From NCBI GenBank assembly GCA_905215325.1, contig CAJMPP010000005.1, forward strand, positions 11,454 to 75,453: a DNA stretch of 64,000 bases, in the 5' to 3' direction. Positions 54,887 to 64,000 of the stretch are shown in pieces (position 1 is the stretch's first letter; each line of letters starts with the position of its first letter). A model generated the notes under the pieces. That model saw nothing but the letters and a program-made list of their open reading frames with translations, had not been told where the DNA came from and made no database searches. Source of the stretch: an uncultured bacterium. Lineage in GTDB: Bacteria; Actinomycetota; Coriobacteriia; Coriobacteriales; Eggerthellaceae. The position numbers were made by a program, and so were the translations under genes.

Positions 54887-57800
54887 CTATCCCCTCCTTT
54901 CCGAGCACGATGAGACCGGGCACCACTTGCACGCCTCGGGCGTTTCAGGACGCGGACGGATATCGCCTGCCAGCATGCGCTCGAGCGCTGCGGCAACCGC
55001 CTCCTCCGTCTCGTCCAGCACATCGGAAAACGACCTGTCGGCGCACATGCAATCCTTATGGCGCATATTCGGCAGATAGGCGTTCTCTATCACGCGCCCG
55101 TCGTAGGCGCCCGATATCATCTTGCGCCGCCCGTAGCACACGTACAGCGCGCCCACCGGCTCCAAGCCCAGCGTGCGGCGAACAACCTGCGCGTAGATGA
55201 GCGCCTGCACCTTGCCCAGGCGCCCCTCCTCGCGCACGCCGAGCGCGTACGACCCGGAAATCGAGCCCTTGTAGTCGATGATCGCGCACCGCCCTTCGCC
55301 GTCCACATCGATGCGGTCGGCCGTGCCCAGCAGCTTGTGACCCGCGTAATCCACCGCACCGCCGCCAGCCACGTCGTATTCCAAATACTTCGGGGCGAAG
55401 GTGGGCAGAAGCTCGACCTCGAAGTCCAGGTAATCCATCAGCTTGCGCTCAAGCTCGGCAAACTCCCGATGCTCCACCTGCGACGTGGGGATCAAACGGT
55501 TCTCCGATTGGCGAAGATGCGGCTGCAGCGCCTTATGGCGCGCTAGCACGTCGGCCATAAGCTCCCGCGCCTGCGCAAGCAGCTGCGGCGTCACCTTCGC
55601 CTCGCCCAAATCTTCGGACAGGTGCTTATAGAAGCTGTGCAGCGCATTGTGCGCGAAGTCGCCCATCTCAAGCGGCCCGAACCCCTCGTCCAGATCATCC
55701 AGGCGCAAACGCCGTTGAGCGAACCACTTGTACGGGCACTCCAGATAGCTTTCGATCTGGGAAGGCGAAAGGCACGGCTCGTCGAGCACCCGCCCGCCCT
55801 GCAGCACACGCGGAAGCACCACGAGCGAACGCGCCTCAGGCGACACCGCACCCGTCAGCGGCGGCTCGATGCGCGCCGCTTCAAGCGCCGGCGCATCCGA
55901 CAGCGCATCGTTGGCGCACAAGGCATCTTCACCGCGTAGCAGCATCCCGTCCTGCAGACGCTCGGGAAGCGAATACGGGTTGTCGATGTCCTCGGTGGCC
56001 GTGGGGTCGTCCCGATAGCAGTCAACGAACTCCTCCAGCACCACGCACGGGTACGTAGGGTCGGCGGCCGAATCGTTGAGGCAGCGCTCGAGGATCAGCT
56101 GATCGGTTGCAGCGTGCTCGAGCGCGAAAAACGCACGGCGCATGCGGGCAAGCGCCGAATCGGCGCGCTCCACGCCAAGATGCTCGAGGAGAACCCGGGA
56201 AGCATCCTCGGGATCGGCCGCCGGATAGGCGGTGCTTGTCAAGTCGGCCGCCACGAGCACCTTGCACGTGCCGCTACCCAAAGATGCCGCCGTGCCCTGA
56301 TCGGTCACCAGCACATCGGGCGCACCAAAGGCGGCGCCATCGCAACCGCGCGGGGCCACGATGCGCGAAACGTTGACTTTCAGGCGTTTCACCTGTTCGA
56401 ACGCTGCATCCACCCCCAGCCCCGCCAGCTTGGCGGCACCGGCGGCGTGGCGCAACGCGCTCAACCCGGCAAGCTGCTCGGCGCGCCACACTTCCGAACG
56501 GTTCGTCATGCGCCGCACGGCGGCCTCGAGCTCGGCTGCAGCCCGGTCGTCCAACCGCAAGGCAAGCCGCTCCATCGCCGCAAACATCGGGTTGTCGCCG
56601 CGCAGGCGGACGCACAGGTCTGACCGCCGCGCCGTGCGATCGGCGCGCATATCGGCATCGAGCTTGAACGCCGCTTTCCTCGTCATGCCGGAGAACGGCG
56701 ACAACGCCCAATCGGCCAGGTAGGCGCGATTCCAACGCTCCACATCGGTCGGGGCGATATCCCCGTACCCTTCGATATGCGAAACGCCGCCCGCCTGTCC
56801 TTCGTCAAGGAAACGGTGAAGCGAGCAGATGGCCCTGCCGAACGCGGTGTCCGCGAAGCGGCGCCGCCCGCGCAGGGCAACCACATGGCCCTGACGGACA
56901 AGCACCGGCGCCACGCGCCCGAACAGCGCCGCCGGGTCCTTCGCCGCAACTACCATGGCAGCAGCCTGCGGGCCGGCCGAACGCCCACCTCGATAGCTGT
57001 CGACGCTGCTGTCTGAAGCGTCCTCGCCGCCGGAAGCACCGTCATCGCCAGCAGCCGGGGCGGCCGCAGCAGCCGGCACCGCAACCGCAGCCGGCGCCGC
57101 CCCCCGATCCGCAGCCGTGCCAAGGGCATCGCGCACGATATCCGCCAGCAGGGCCGGCCACGCATACTGCCCCGAGGGAAACGCGAAGCGAACCCGCACG
57201 CCCTCGGGCGCGCGAACGGGGCCCTGGCTTCCCGAAGCGGCGCGGACCTCCACCTCCATCCACGAACAAGCAGAGAAAAACGCTTCCTGACCAGGGGTAA
57301 GCGGAGCAGCATCTTCCAACAGCACGCGCAATGGGCGCTGCGGCAGAAGTTCGGGGAGCAGAGCCAGAGCCTGCCCCGGCTCGATCATCCCCAGTTGCGC
57401 CAACCGATCAAGGTATCCCCCGATCATCCGCAGCACCGGCACTTCCGCGCAAGTCGCCCCCTCAAGCGCGCCAGCACCCGCCGGCACGCCCTGCTGCGCA
57501 TCCTGCACCGCCGCATCGAAGGCGGGCAGGCCGACGCCGGCCGCCACGCAAGCCGCCGCCACGCGATCGAGCCCGAGCGCTCCCGCTTCGCTGTCTCCGA
57601 CCAACGCGCAGGCGCCATCCGCAATGCGGCCTTCCGCCGACTCGCATCGTCCGCTACCATCACGAACGTCGCCCGCCTCCGCCAACTCGGATCGTCCGCT
57701 AGCGCCATCAAGCTGTGCGCGCTTGCCGCTTTCCGGATCGACGCGGTCGCCGTCAGCAGCCCGCTCGCACACAGCGCGCAGCAACGCCTCGCGCTCGAGA

Positions 57801-57988
57801 CGCGAGACGAACGTCCTGCCGTCGCCGTACAGCTCCCACAGATCGCGCACCCAGGCGCCGAACGCGGCAACCGTCACGCCCATGAGCGAGCAGCCGCTAT
57901 CCGCGGCCCGTTTCCTATACGCCACCGCCCGATCGGCATCCGGCAGCAGCACCACATCATATGCAATAGAAGTATCCATGCCCGACAT
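54887..57988 (-). CDS. addB: AddB-type helicase-nuclease subunit (degenerate ATPase, C-terminal Fe-S PD-(D/E)XK nuclease)
   Basis: 1033 aa. No Walker A was seen. C-terminal region: CPYKWF ... IIDYKGS ... CKWCPVSSC (Cys cluster). Its stop lies 2 nt before the addA ATG. Confidence 0.75.
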   Translation of the reverse strand: MSGMDTSIAYDVVLLPDADRAVAYRKRAADSGCSLMGVTVAAFGAWVRDLWELYGDGRTFVSRLEREALLRAVCERAADGDRVDPESGKRAQLDGASGRSELAEAGDVRDGSGRCESAEGRIADGACALVGDSEAGALGLDRVAAACVAAGVGLPAFDAAVQDAQQGVPAGAGALEGATCAEVPVLRMIGGYLDRLAQLGMIEPGQALALLPELLPQRPLRVLLEDAAPLTPGQEAFFSACSWMEVEVRAASGSQGPVRAPEGVRVRFAFPSGQYAWPALLADIVRDALGTAADRGAAPAAVAVPAAAAAPAAGDDGASGGEDASDSSVDSYRGGRSAGPQAAAMVVAAKDPAALFGRVAPVLVRQGHVVALRGRRRFADTAFGRAICSLHRFLDEGQAGGVSHIEGYGDIAPTDVERWNRAYLADWALSPFSGMTRKAAFKLDADMRADRTARRSDLCVRLRGDNPMFAAMERLALRLDDRAAAELEAAVRRMTNRSEVWRAEQLAGLSALRHAAGAAKLAGLGVDAAFEQVKRLKVNVSRIVAPRGCDGAAFGAPDVLVTDQGTAASLGSGTCKVLVAADLTSTAYPAADPEDASRVLLEHLGVERADSALARMRRAFFALEHAATDQLILERCLNDSAADPTYPCVVLEEFVDCYRDDPTATEDIDNPYSLPERLQDGMLLRGEDALCANDALSDAPALEAARIEPPLTGAVSPEARSLVVLPRVLQGGRVLDEPCLSPSQIESYLECPYKWFAQRRLRLDDLDEGFGPLEMGDFAHNALHSFYKHLSEDLGEAKVTPQLLAQARELMADVLARHKALQPHLRQSENRLIPTSQVEHREFAELERKLMDYLDFEVELLPTFAPKYLEYDVAGGGAVDYAGHKLLGTADRIDVDGEGRCAIIDYKGSISGSYALGVREEGRLGKVQALIYAQVVRRTLGLEPVGALYVCYGRRKMISGAYDGRVIENAYLPNMRHKDCMCADRSFSDVLDETEEAVAAALERMLAGDIRPRPETPEACKWCPVSSCSERRG

Positions 57989-58231
57989 TCTAGCGCACCC
58001 CCTTTACGCCTTCGGTCCCATACATGGGACTTACCCGAAGTTTCGCCGCCCCATCGCCGCAACTCAACCCGCACCGCCCCCGCAACGTAAGAAAGCCGGC
58101 CGCCCTTTCGGACGACCGGCCTTCCGAAACCGATCTATCGCACGATCGAAAGCCTCAACGCACCCCCGATATCCCGCAGCAAAGCTCCTGCTCCTGCCAG
58201 CGGAGCCGCGGCGCCGCGCGCGACCGACGAG

Positions 58232-61200
58232 TTACTCGCCGTCGTACATGGCCTTCAGGCGCACCAGGTGATCGTAACGCTCGATGGCGGCCTTCTCGTT
58301 GCGCTCGAACAGCTCGCCGGCGCGCTCCGGGAACTCGCGGGTCAGGCGGCTGTAGCGGGCCTCGTTCATGAGGAACTCCTGGTAACCGCCAGCAGGCTCC
58401 TTGCAGTCCAGCGTGAACCTCTTGCCGGCGTCGGCTGCCGGGTTGAAGCGGAACAGGTTCCAGTAACCGCAGTCCACGGCCTTCTTCATCTCGGTCTGGC
58501 AGTTGCTCATGCCGCCCTTGATGGAGTGCATCTCGCACGGGGAGTAGGCGATGATGATGGACGGGCCGTGATACGCCTCGGCCTCGGTGATGGCCTTGAG
58601 CGTCTGAGCCGGCTTGGCGCCCATGGCCACCTGGGCCACGTACACGTAGCCGTACGCCATGGCGATCTCGGCGAGCGACTTCTTCTTGACGTCCTTGCCG
58701 GCGGCGGCGAACTGCGCCACCTGGCCGATGTTGGAAGCCTTGGAAGCCTGGCCGCCGGTGTTGGAGTAGACCTCGGTGTCGAACACGAAGACGTTGACGT
58801 CCTCACCGGATGCCAGCACGTGGTCGAGTCCGCCGTAGCCGATGTCATAGGCCCAGCCGTCGCCGCCGAAGATCCAGACGGACTTCTTGGCCAGGTACTC
58901 CTTGTGGTCCAGGATACGCTGCGCGGCCTCGGCTGCGGCGCCTTCGCCGGCGGCAACCTCGGGCAGGGCGGCGATCAGGGCGTCGGCAGTCTGACGGCTG
59001 GCGGCCTTGTCGCCGCGGGCGTCGAGCCAAGCCTGGGCGGCGTCGGCGGCGGCGCCGGCCTCAACCAGGACGGCGGCGTCGGCGGCCAGCATGCCGTTGA
59101 CGGCCTCATAGCCAAGCTTCATGCCCATGCCGTGCTCGGCGTTGTCCTCGAACAGGCTGTTGGACCAGGCGGGGCCGTGACCCTGCTTGTTGACCGTGTA
59201 CGGGCTGGTAGCAGCCGGACCGCCCCAGATGGAAGAGCAGCCGGTGGCGTTGGAGATGTACATGTGGTCGCCGTAGAGCTGGGTGATCAGGCGGGCGTAA
59301 GCCGTCTGGGCGCAGCCGGCGCAGGCGCCGGAGAACTCGAGCAGAGGCTGCTTGAACTGGCTGTCGCGCAGCGTGGTGCCCTCGATCTCGGGCTTGTCGG
59401 CCACCTTGTTCACGCAGTACTCGAACACGTCCTGCTGAGCCATCTCGTCCTCGACGCCGACCATGGTCAGCGCGTCGGCCGGGCAGGACTTGACGCATAC
59501 GCCGCAGCCCATGCAGTCCAGCGGGCTGATGGCCAGCGTGTACTTCAGCTCCTTATGCTTGCCCTTCATAGGCAGCACGGCCATGGCCTCGGGGCCGGCA
59601 GCGGCCTCCTCGTCGGTCAGGCCGAACGGGCGGATGCAGGCATGCGGGCACACGAACGAGCAGCTGTTGCACTCGGTGCACTTCTCGGCATCCCACTTGG
59701 CGACGGACACGGACACGCCGCGCTTCTCGTAGGCGGCAGCGCCCTGCTCGAACTGGCCGTCGGCATGGTCGACGAACACGGAGACCGGCAGGGAGTCGCC
59801 TGCCATGCGGCCGACGGGCTCCATGATCTCGCGAACCTGCTTGACCAGCTCGGGACGACCCTCGAGACGCTCGACCTCGGAGTTGTCCTCGGCATCGGCC
59901 CAGGCGGCGGGCACGTCGATCTTCACGAACGCCGTGGCGCCCGCGTCGATGGCGCGATGGTTCATGTCAACGACTTCCTGGCCCTTCTTCAGGTAGGATC
60001 GCGTGGCGGCGTCCTTCATGTAGCGCACGGCGTCCTCGGCCGGCAGGATGTTCGCCAGCGTGAAGAAGGCGGACTGCAAGATGGTGTTGGTACGCTTGCC
60101 CATGCCGATCTGGCGGGCCAAGTCGATGGCGTTGATGGTGTAGAGCTGCACATCGTTGGCCGCGATGTAGCGCTTTGCCTCGGCGGACAGGTGCTCTTCA
60201 AGCTCCTCGGGCGTCCACTGGCAGTTGATCATGAAGGTGCCGCCGGGCTTGACGTCCTTGACGATCGGGAAGTTCTTCGTGATGTAGCTGGGGTTGTGGC
60301 ACGCCACGAAGTCGGCCTTGTTGATGTAGTAGCTGCTGCGGATGGGCGAATCGCCGAAGCGCAGGTGGCTGATCGTCACGCCGCCGGTCTTCTTCGAGTC
60401 GTACTGGAAGTAGGCCTGCACGTACTTGTCGGTGTGGTCGCCGATGATCTTGACGGAGTTCTTGTTCGCGCCGACGGTGCCGTCACCGCCCAGACCCCAG
60501 AACTTGCACTCGATGGTGCCGGCGGCTGCGGTGTTGGGAGCGGACGCATCCTCGGGCAGGGACAGCCCGGTGACGTCGTCGACGATGCCGATGGTGAACT
60601 CGCCGCGCGGCTCGTCCTTGGCCAGCTCGGTGAAGATGGCGAACACGGACGCGGGCGGCGTGTCCTTGCTGCCCAGGCCGTAGCGGCCGCCGGAGACCTT
60701 GATGCCCTCGCGGCCCTCGACCATGAGCGCGTTGACGACGTCCAGGTACAGCGGGTCGCGGGAGCCGGGCTCCTTGGTGCGGTCGAGCACGGCCAGCTTC
60801 TTGCAGGTGGCGGGCAGGGCCTCGGCGAACTTGGCGGTGACGAACGGACGGTACAGGCGCACCTTGACCAGGCCCACCTTCTCGCCCTGGGCGGTCAGGT
60901 AGTCGATGACCTCCTCGGCAACGTCGCAGATGCTGCCCATAGCGACGATCACGCGCTCGGCATCGGGGGCGCCGTAGTAGTTGAACAGCTTGTAGTCGGT
61001 GCCGAGCTTGGCGTTGACCTTATCCATATACTCTTCCACCACAGCCGGCAGCGCGTCGTAGATGCCGTTGCAGGCCTCGCGGTTCTGGAAGAAGATGTCG
61101 CCGTTCTCATGGCTGCCGCGCATGCGCGGACGCTCGGGGTTGAGCGCATGGTCGCGGAAATCCTTCACGGCGTCGAAGTCGCACATGTCGGCCAAGTCGG

Positions 61201-61765
61201 CGTAATCCCATACGGCCACCTTCTGCACCTCATGGGACGTACGGAAGCCGTCGAAGAAGTTCAGGAACGGCACGCGGCCCTTGATGGCGGCCAGGTGCGC
61301 GACGGCGGACAGGTCCATGACCTCCTGGACGTTGCCCTCGGCGAGCATGGCGAAGCCGGTCTGGCGGCAGGCCATGACGTCGGAATGGTCGCCGAAGATG
61401 TTCAGCGCGTGCGTGGAAACGGTACGGGCCGAGACATGGAACACGCTCGGCAGCTGCTCGGCTGCGATCTTGTACATGTTGGGGATCATGAGCAGCAGGC
61501 CCTGGGAAGCCGTGTAGGTGGTGGTCAGGGCACCGGCGGCCAGCGAGCCGTGCACGGCGCCGGCGGCACCGCCCTCGGACTGCATCTCGCACACCTTCAC
61601 CTTCGTGCCGAAGATGTTCTCCCTACCGGCTGCCGACCACTGGTCGACCAGGTCGGCCATGGGGCTGGAAGGGGTGATGGGATAGATACCGGCTACCTCC
61701 GTGAACGCATATGAGACATGCGCTGCGGCGGTGTTGCCGTCCATGGACTTGAATTCTCTCGTCAT
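58232..61765 (-). CDS. nifJ: Pyruvate:ferredoxin (flavodoxin) oxidoreductase, single-chain
   Basis: 1177 aa. MDGNTAAAHVSYAFTEVAGIYPITPSS, ferredoxin domain CTECNSCSFVCPHACIRP and CMGCGVCVKSCP, TPP site GGDGWAYDIGYGGLDH. Confidence 0.95.
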   Translation of the reverse strand: MTREFKSMDGNTAAAHVSYAFTEVAGIYPITPSSPMADLVDQWSAAGRENIFGTKVKVCEMQSEGGAAGAVHGSLAAGALTTTYTASQGLLLMIPNMYKIAAEQLPSVFHVSARTVSTHALNIFGDHSDVMACRQTGFAMLAEGNVQEVMDLSAVAHLAAIKGRVPFLNFFDGFRTSHEVQKVAVWDYADLADMCDFDAVKDFRDHALNPERPRMRGSHENGDIFFQNREACNGIYDALPAVVEEYMDKVNAKLGTDYKLFNYYGAPDAERVIVAMGSICDVAEEVIDYLTAQGEKVGLVKVRLYRPFVTAKFAEALPATCKKLAVLDRTKEPGSRDPLYLDVVNALMVEGREGIKVSGGRYGLGSKDTPPASVFAIFTELAKDEPRGEFTIGIVDDVTGLSLPEDASAPNTAAAGTIECKFWGLGGDGTVGANKNSVKIIGDHTDKYVQAYFQYDSKKTGGVTISHLRFGDSPIRSSYYINKADFVACHNPSYITKNFPIVKDVKPGGTFMINCQWTPEELEEHLSAEAKRYIAANDVQLYTINAIDLARQIGMGKRTNTILQSAFFTLANILPAEDAVRYMKDAATRSYLKKGQEVVDMNHRAIDAGATAFVKIDVPAAWADAEDNSEVERLEGRPELVKQVREIMEPVGRMAGDSLPVSVFVDHADGQFEQGAAAYEKRGVSVSVAKWDAEKCTECNSCSFVCPHACIRPFGLTDEEAAAGPEAMAVLPMKGKHKELKYTLAISPLDCMGCGVCVKSCPADALTMVGVEDEMAQQDVFEYCVNKVADKPEIEGTTLRDSQFKQPLLEFSGACAGCAQTAYARLITQLYGDHMYISNATGCSSIWGGPAATSPYTVNKQGHGPAWSNSLFEDNAEHGMGMKLGYEAVNGMLAADAAVLVEAGAAADAAQAWLDARGDKAASRQTADALIAALPEVAAGEGAAAEAAQRILDHKEYLAKKSVWIFGGDGWAYDIGYGGLDHVLASGEDVNVFVFDTEVYSNTGGQASKASNIGQVAQFAAAGKDVKKKSLAEIAMAYGYVYVAQVAMGAKPAQTLKAITEAEAYHGPSIIIAYSPCEMHSIKGGMSNCQTEMKKAVDCGYWNLFRFNPAADAGKRFTLDCKEPAGGYQEFLMNEARYSRLTREFPERAGELFERNEKAAIERYDHLVRLKAMYDGE

Positions 61766-62049
61766 TTCTTCTCCTAAGGCTATCCCCGATCGGCGCGATC
61801 GGAAACATCGTCTGGCCGTACAATGCGCCTATATTAGCAGCCCTGACACGCCGAAACCCCACGGATTAACTCTGAGCAGGCGTGGGGCGGATGCTCTCGG
61901 CAAGCGGTCTCGACCAGGCGGGGCCCTCCCGCTTGCCGGGCGCCGCCCGACCGCCGCTCACCCCGCAACCGCGACCGCCCACCGCGGGGAAACATCCTCG
62001 GGGACCTTTCGGAAACACCCTGCGCACGAGGGGTTCCCCCGTAACGCTA

Positions 62050-62078
62050 GGGTAAAAGCCTTACCCCTTCTTTATTTT
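62050..62078 (+). terminator. Weak terminator-like hairpin plus T-tract inside the leader of the solute-binding-protein gene
   Basis: GGGTAA-AAGCC-TTACCC, followed by CTTCTTTATTTT, about 110 nt upstream of ATG 62188. Confidence 0.3.
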
Positions 62079-62187
62079 CGAGGCCCGTTCATGGATAATG
62101 GAGCTGTTTGCTGTAGTGCGTGCGCGAAAGGCGCATGCGCAGGCTCGAGGCGAAAAGCCGTCTCGACAGATGAACGGAGGGAATCCC

Positions 62188-63801
62188 ATGGAACAGCAGT
62201 ATTCTCTGTCTCGCCGCACTTTCCTGGCGGGCAGCGCCGTTGCCGCCGCAACGGCCGGCCTGGCTCTGAGCGGCTGCGGCAGCAGCTCCTCTTCCGAGGG
62301 CGGCAAGCCCAGCGGCTCCGCTGCCAACACCGGCGGCGTGATCACCGCCGCTTGCAGCTACAAGAACGCCAACTACAACCCCATCGGCGCAAGCTCCGCT
62401 CTGATGCTGCCCGCTATCCAGCACTGCCTGGAGGGCCTCTATGAGCTGGATTACTTCACCGGCCAGGCCAACGCCGCCCTGGCCGCCGGCGAGCCCGTCA
62501 AGGTCTCCGAGACCGAGTACGAGGTCGCTCTGCGCGAAGGCGCCACGTTCTCCAACGGCGAGGCCGTGACCGCCGCCGACGTTGTGGCCGTCATCGAGGC
62601 CAACAAGGCCAACGCCACCTACAAGGACATGCTGTCCTTCATCGAGACCGTCGCCGCCAAGGACGACGCCACCGTGTCCTTCACGCTGGCCTACCCGTTC
62701 GTCGACAGCGACAAGCAGCTCAAAGAGCGCCTGTCCCTGTGCCGCGTGTTCCCGGCTGCCGAGATTACCAAGGAGACCATGACCACCCCGCCGACCGGTT
62801 CTGGCGCATGGGCCTTCGGCGAGTGCAACGGCGAGGACGGCGGCGAGCTGAACTTCGTCCCGAACCCCAAGTACAACGGCCCCAAGCCGGCTTCCGCCGA
62901 CGCCATGCAGTGGCTCGTGCGCGTTGACAACACCGCTCGCGTGACCGCCCTGCAGGAGGGTACCGCCATCGCCGGCGAGAACATCCCGTTCTCCAACATC
63001 GACCAGCTGGTCGGCGCAGGCGTCACCGTCGACAGCGTCGACAGCTACGGCATCGGCTTCCTGATGTTCAACTGCCAGAAGGAGCCCTTCAACGACAAGC
63101 GCGTCCGTCAGGCCTTCCACTACGCCATCGACTACGACAAGCTGATCAAGAACCAGCTGGGCGGCAACGCTGAAACGCTGACCTCCTACCTGCCGAAGGA
63201 CAACCCGGCCTACCATGAGGCCTCCACGGTCTACAAGCACGATCCCGAGAAGGCCAAGGCCCTGCTCAAGGAGGCCGGCCAGGAGAACCTCGAGGTCACG
63301 CTGCTCGTCATCGACAACTGGATCAAGGACCTGTCCGCTCAGATCCAGCAGGACCTGCAGGCCGTCGGCATGAACGTCACGCTCGACGTGCAGGCTGCCC
63401 CCTACCCCACCATGGCCGCTTCCAAGACCGACGAGGTCCTGCCCTACGACGTGTTCCTGGCCCCCGGCGACGTCTCCTGCTTCGGCACGAACGCCGACGT
63501 GCATCTGGCCTGGTTCTACGGCGAGAACACCGACTGGTGCCAGGGCCGTTCCTGCTGGGCTAAGGCCGGCGACGGCAAGTGCCAGGAGTTCAACGAGTAC
63601 CTCGACCAGGCTCGCAAGGCCACCGATGCGAACACGCGCCAGGAGGCGTACAACAAGTGCTTCGACATCATCTCCGAGGAAGTGCCGCTGTACCCGCTGT
63701 TCCACAAGAAGGTCGTCACCGGCTACTGGGCCGGCCTCATCGAAGGCTTCGAGCCCAGCCCGACCACTGGCCTGTACTTCCAGAACGCGAAGCTGAAGTA
63801 A
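62188..63801 (+). CDS. ABC transporter substrate-binding protein, family 5 (peptide/nickel/opine type), TAT-signal lipoprotein
   Basis: The track ORF is 62098-63801. ATG 62188 is preferred, with GGAGGGAA upstream. MEQQYSLSRRTFLAGSAVAAATAGLALSGCGSS has a twin-arginine motif and a lipobox. The body is SBP_bac_5-like. Confidence 0.85.
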   Translation: MEQQYSLSRRTFLAGSAVAAATAGLALSGCGSSSSSEGGKPSGSAANTGGVITAACSYKNANYNPIGASSALMLPAIQHCLEGLYELDYFTGQANAALAAGEPVKVSETEYEVALREGATFSNGEAVTAADVVAVIEANKANATYKDMLSFIETVAAKDDATVSFTLAYPFVDSDKQLKERLSLCRVFPAAEITKETMTTPPTGSGAWAFGECNGEDGGELNFVPNPKYNGPKPASADAMQWLVRVDNTARVTALQEGTAIAGENIPFSNIDQLVGAGVTVDSVDSYGIGFLMFNCQKEPFNDKRVRQAFHYAIDYDKLIKNQLGGNAETLTSYLPKDNPAYHEASTVYKHDPEKAKALLKEAGQENLEVTLLVIDNWIKDLSAQIQQDLQAVGMNVTLDVQAAPYPTMAASKTDEVLPYDVFLAPGDVSCFGTNADVHLAWFYGENTDWCQGRSCWAKAGDGKCQEFNEYLDQARKATDANTRQEAYNKCFDIISEEVPLYPLFHKKVVTGYWAGLIEGFEPSPTTGLYFQNAKLK

Positions 63802-63829
63802 CAACCATCAGGTTTTAGGCTGCAACCGG

Positions 63830-63863
63830 AAAGCCCACCTCATTGCGAGGTGGGCTTTCTTTG
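63830..63863 (+). terminator. Rho-independent terminator
   Basis: AAAGCCCACCTC-ATTGC-GAGGTGGGCTTT, followed by CTTTGCGTCTT. Confidence 0.65.
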
Positions 63864-63934
63864 CGTCTTGACCTCATGCACGCGCGAAGCGTATACCATG
63901 TTCACGTCAATTCGATTTAGGGGGTTATCACCGC

Positions 63935-64000
63935 ATGACACGTATGTTTTCCGTATACGGAGACTCCATCAGCTCCTTCGAGGGCATCCTGCCGCAAGGC
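63935..64000 (+). CDS. Start of an SGNH/GDSL-type hydrolase (partial; runs off the right edge)
   Basis: ATG 63935 gives MTRMFSVYGDSISSFEGILPQG, containing the block I GDS(I)S motif. Only 22 codons are visible. Confidence 0.45.
   Translation, partial: MTRMFSVYGDSISSFEGILPQG

Noticed and set aside
58268-61714. 1148-aa plus-strand ORF
   Set aside because: It is antisense to PFOR. It is a typical GC-rich shadow ORF (runs of G, A, L, V, D, H) with no domain signatures. The PFOR frame is unambiguous.
1-64000. Prophage, integrative element, toxin-antitoxin or dedicated anti-phage defence system
   Set aside because: No integrase, transposase, recombinase, phage structural gene, restriction-modification gene, cas gene or other known defence-system gene was recognised. 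addAB is the housekeeping recombination nuclease.

Overview
GC-rich chromosomal segment with strong G/C bias at third codon positions and many long spurious antisense ORFs. Coding is dense, with about 50 CDS. The gene content fits a strictly anaerobic, high-GC actinobacterium of the Coriobacteriia/Eggerthellaceae type; this is inferred from content only and no marker gene was checked.

Gene content, left to right:
- 1-9.3 kb: a TAT-exported molybdopterin oxidoreductase cut by the window edge, a LysR regulator, a DMT exporter, a modD-modCBA molybdate/tungstate uptake cluster and an Fe-S aldo/keto reductase.
- 9.5-16.9 kb: a stand-alone GMP synthase synthetase domain, an XRE regulator plus membrane protein pair, DegV, a single-chain triple RidA protein, a membrane protein of unknown function and a TetR regulator.
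- 16.9-26.5 kb: a six-gene xanthine-dehydrogenase-family locus (FAD, 2Fe-2S and Mo subunits, then YqeC, YqeB, XdhC), a divergent MocA-like gene, an NCS2 purine permease and meso-DAP dehydrogenase.
- 26.9-36.6 kb: a 1045-aa GGDEF/hybrid histidine kinase, ung, a translationally coupled ClC plus 2-TM K+ channel pair, PiT and class 3 FBPase.
- 36.9-51.2 kb: luxS, mtnN, rsmJ, a second LysR, a bactofilin-like membrane protein, an SNF transporter, pyridoxal kinase, a radical SAM protein, an amidase plus zinc-ribbon/vWA/YARHG pair, YbjQ, NUDIX, PAP2 and an ArsC/Spx-like protein.
- 51.2-64 kb: addBA, PFOR, a TAT-lipoprotein family-5 solute-binding protein and the start of an SGNH hydrolase.

No rRNA gene, intact tRNA, CRISPR array, transposase, integrase or recognisable defence system was seen.

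The structure not explained by genes is a set of interrelated intergenic palindromic/inverted-repeat families at about 36.7, 37.5, 43.3-43.8 and 49.5-49.8 kb, including a perfect 70-bp palindrome. The most notable coding features are the selenium-dependent-type Mo hydroxylase locus and the covalently triplicated RidA.

CDS coordinates come from the ORF track and include the stop codon. Start codons were refined by codon counting. Coordinates of repeats and hairpins were read by eye and may be off by 1-2 nt.
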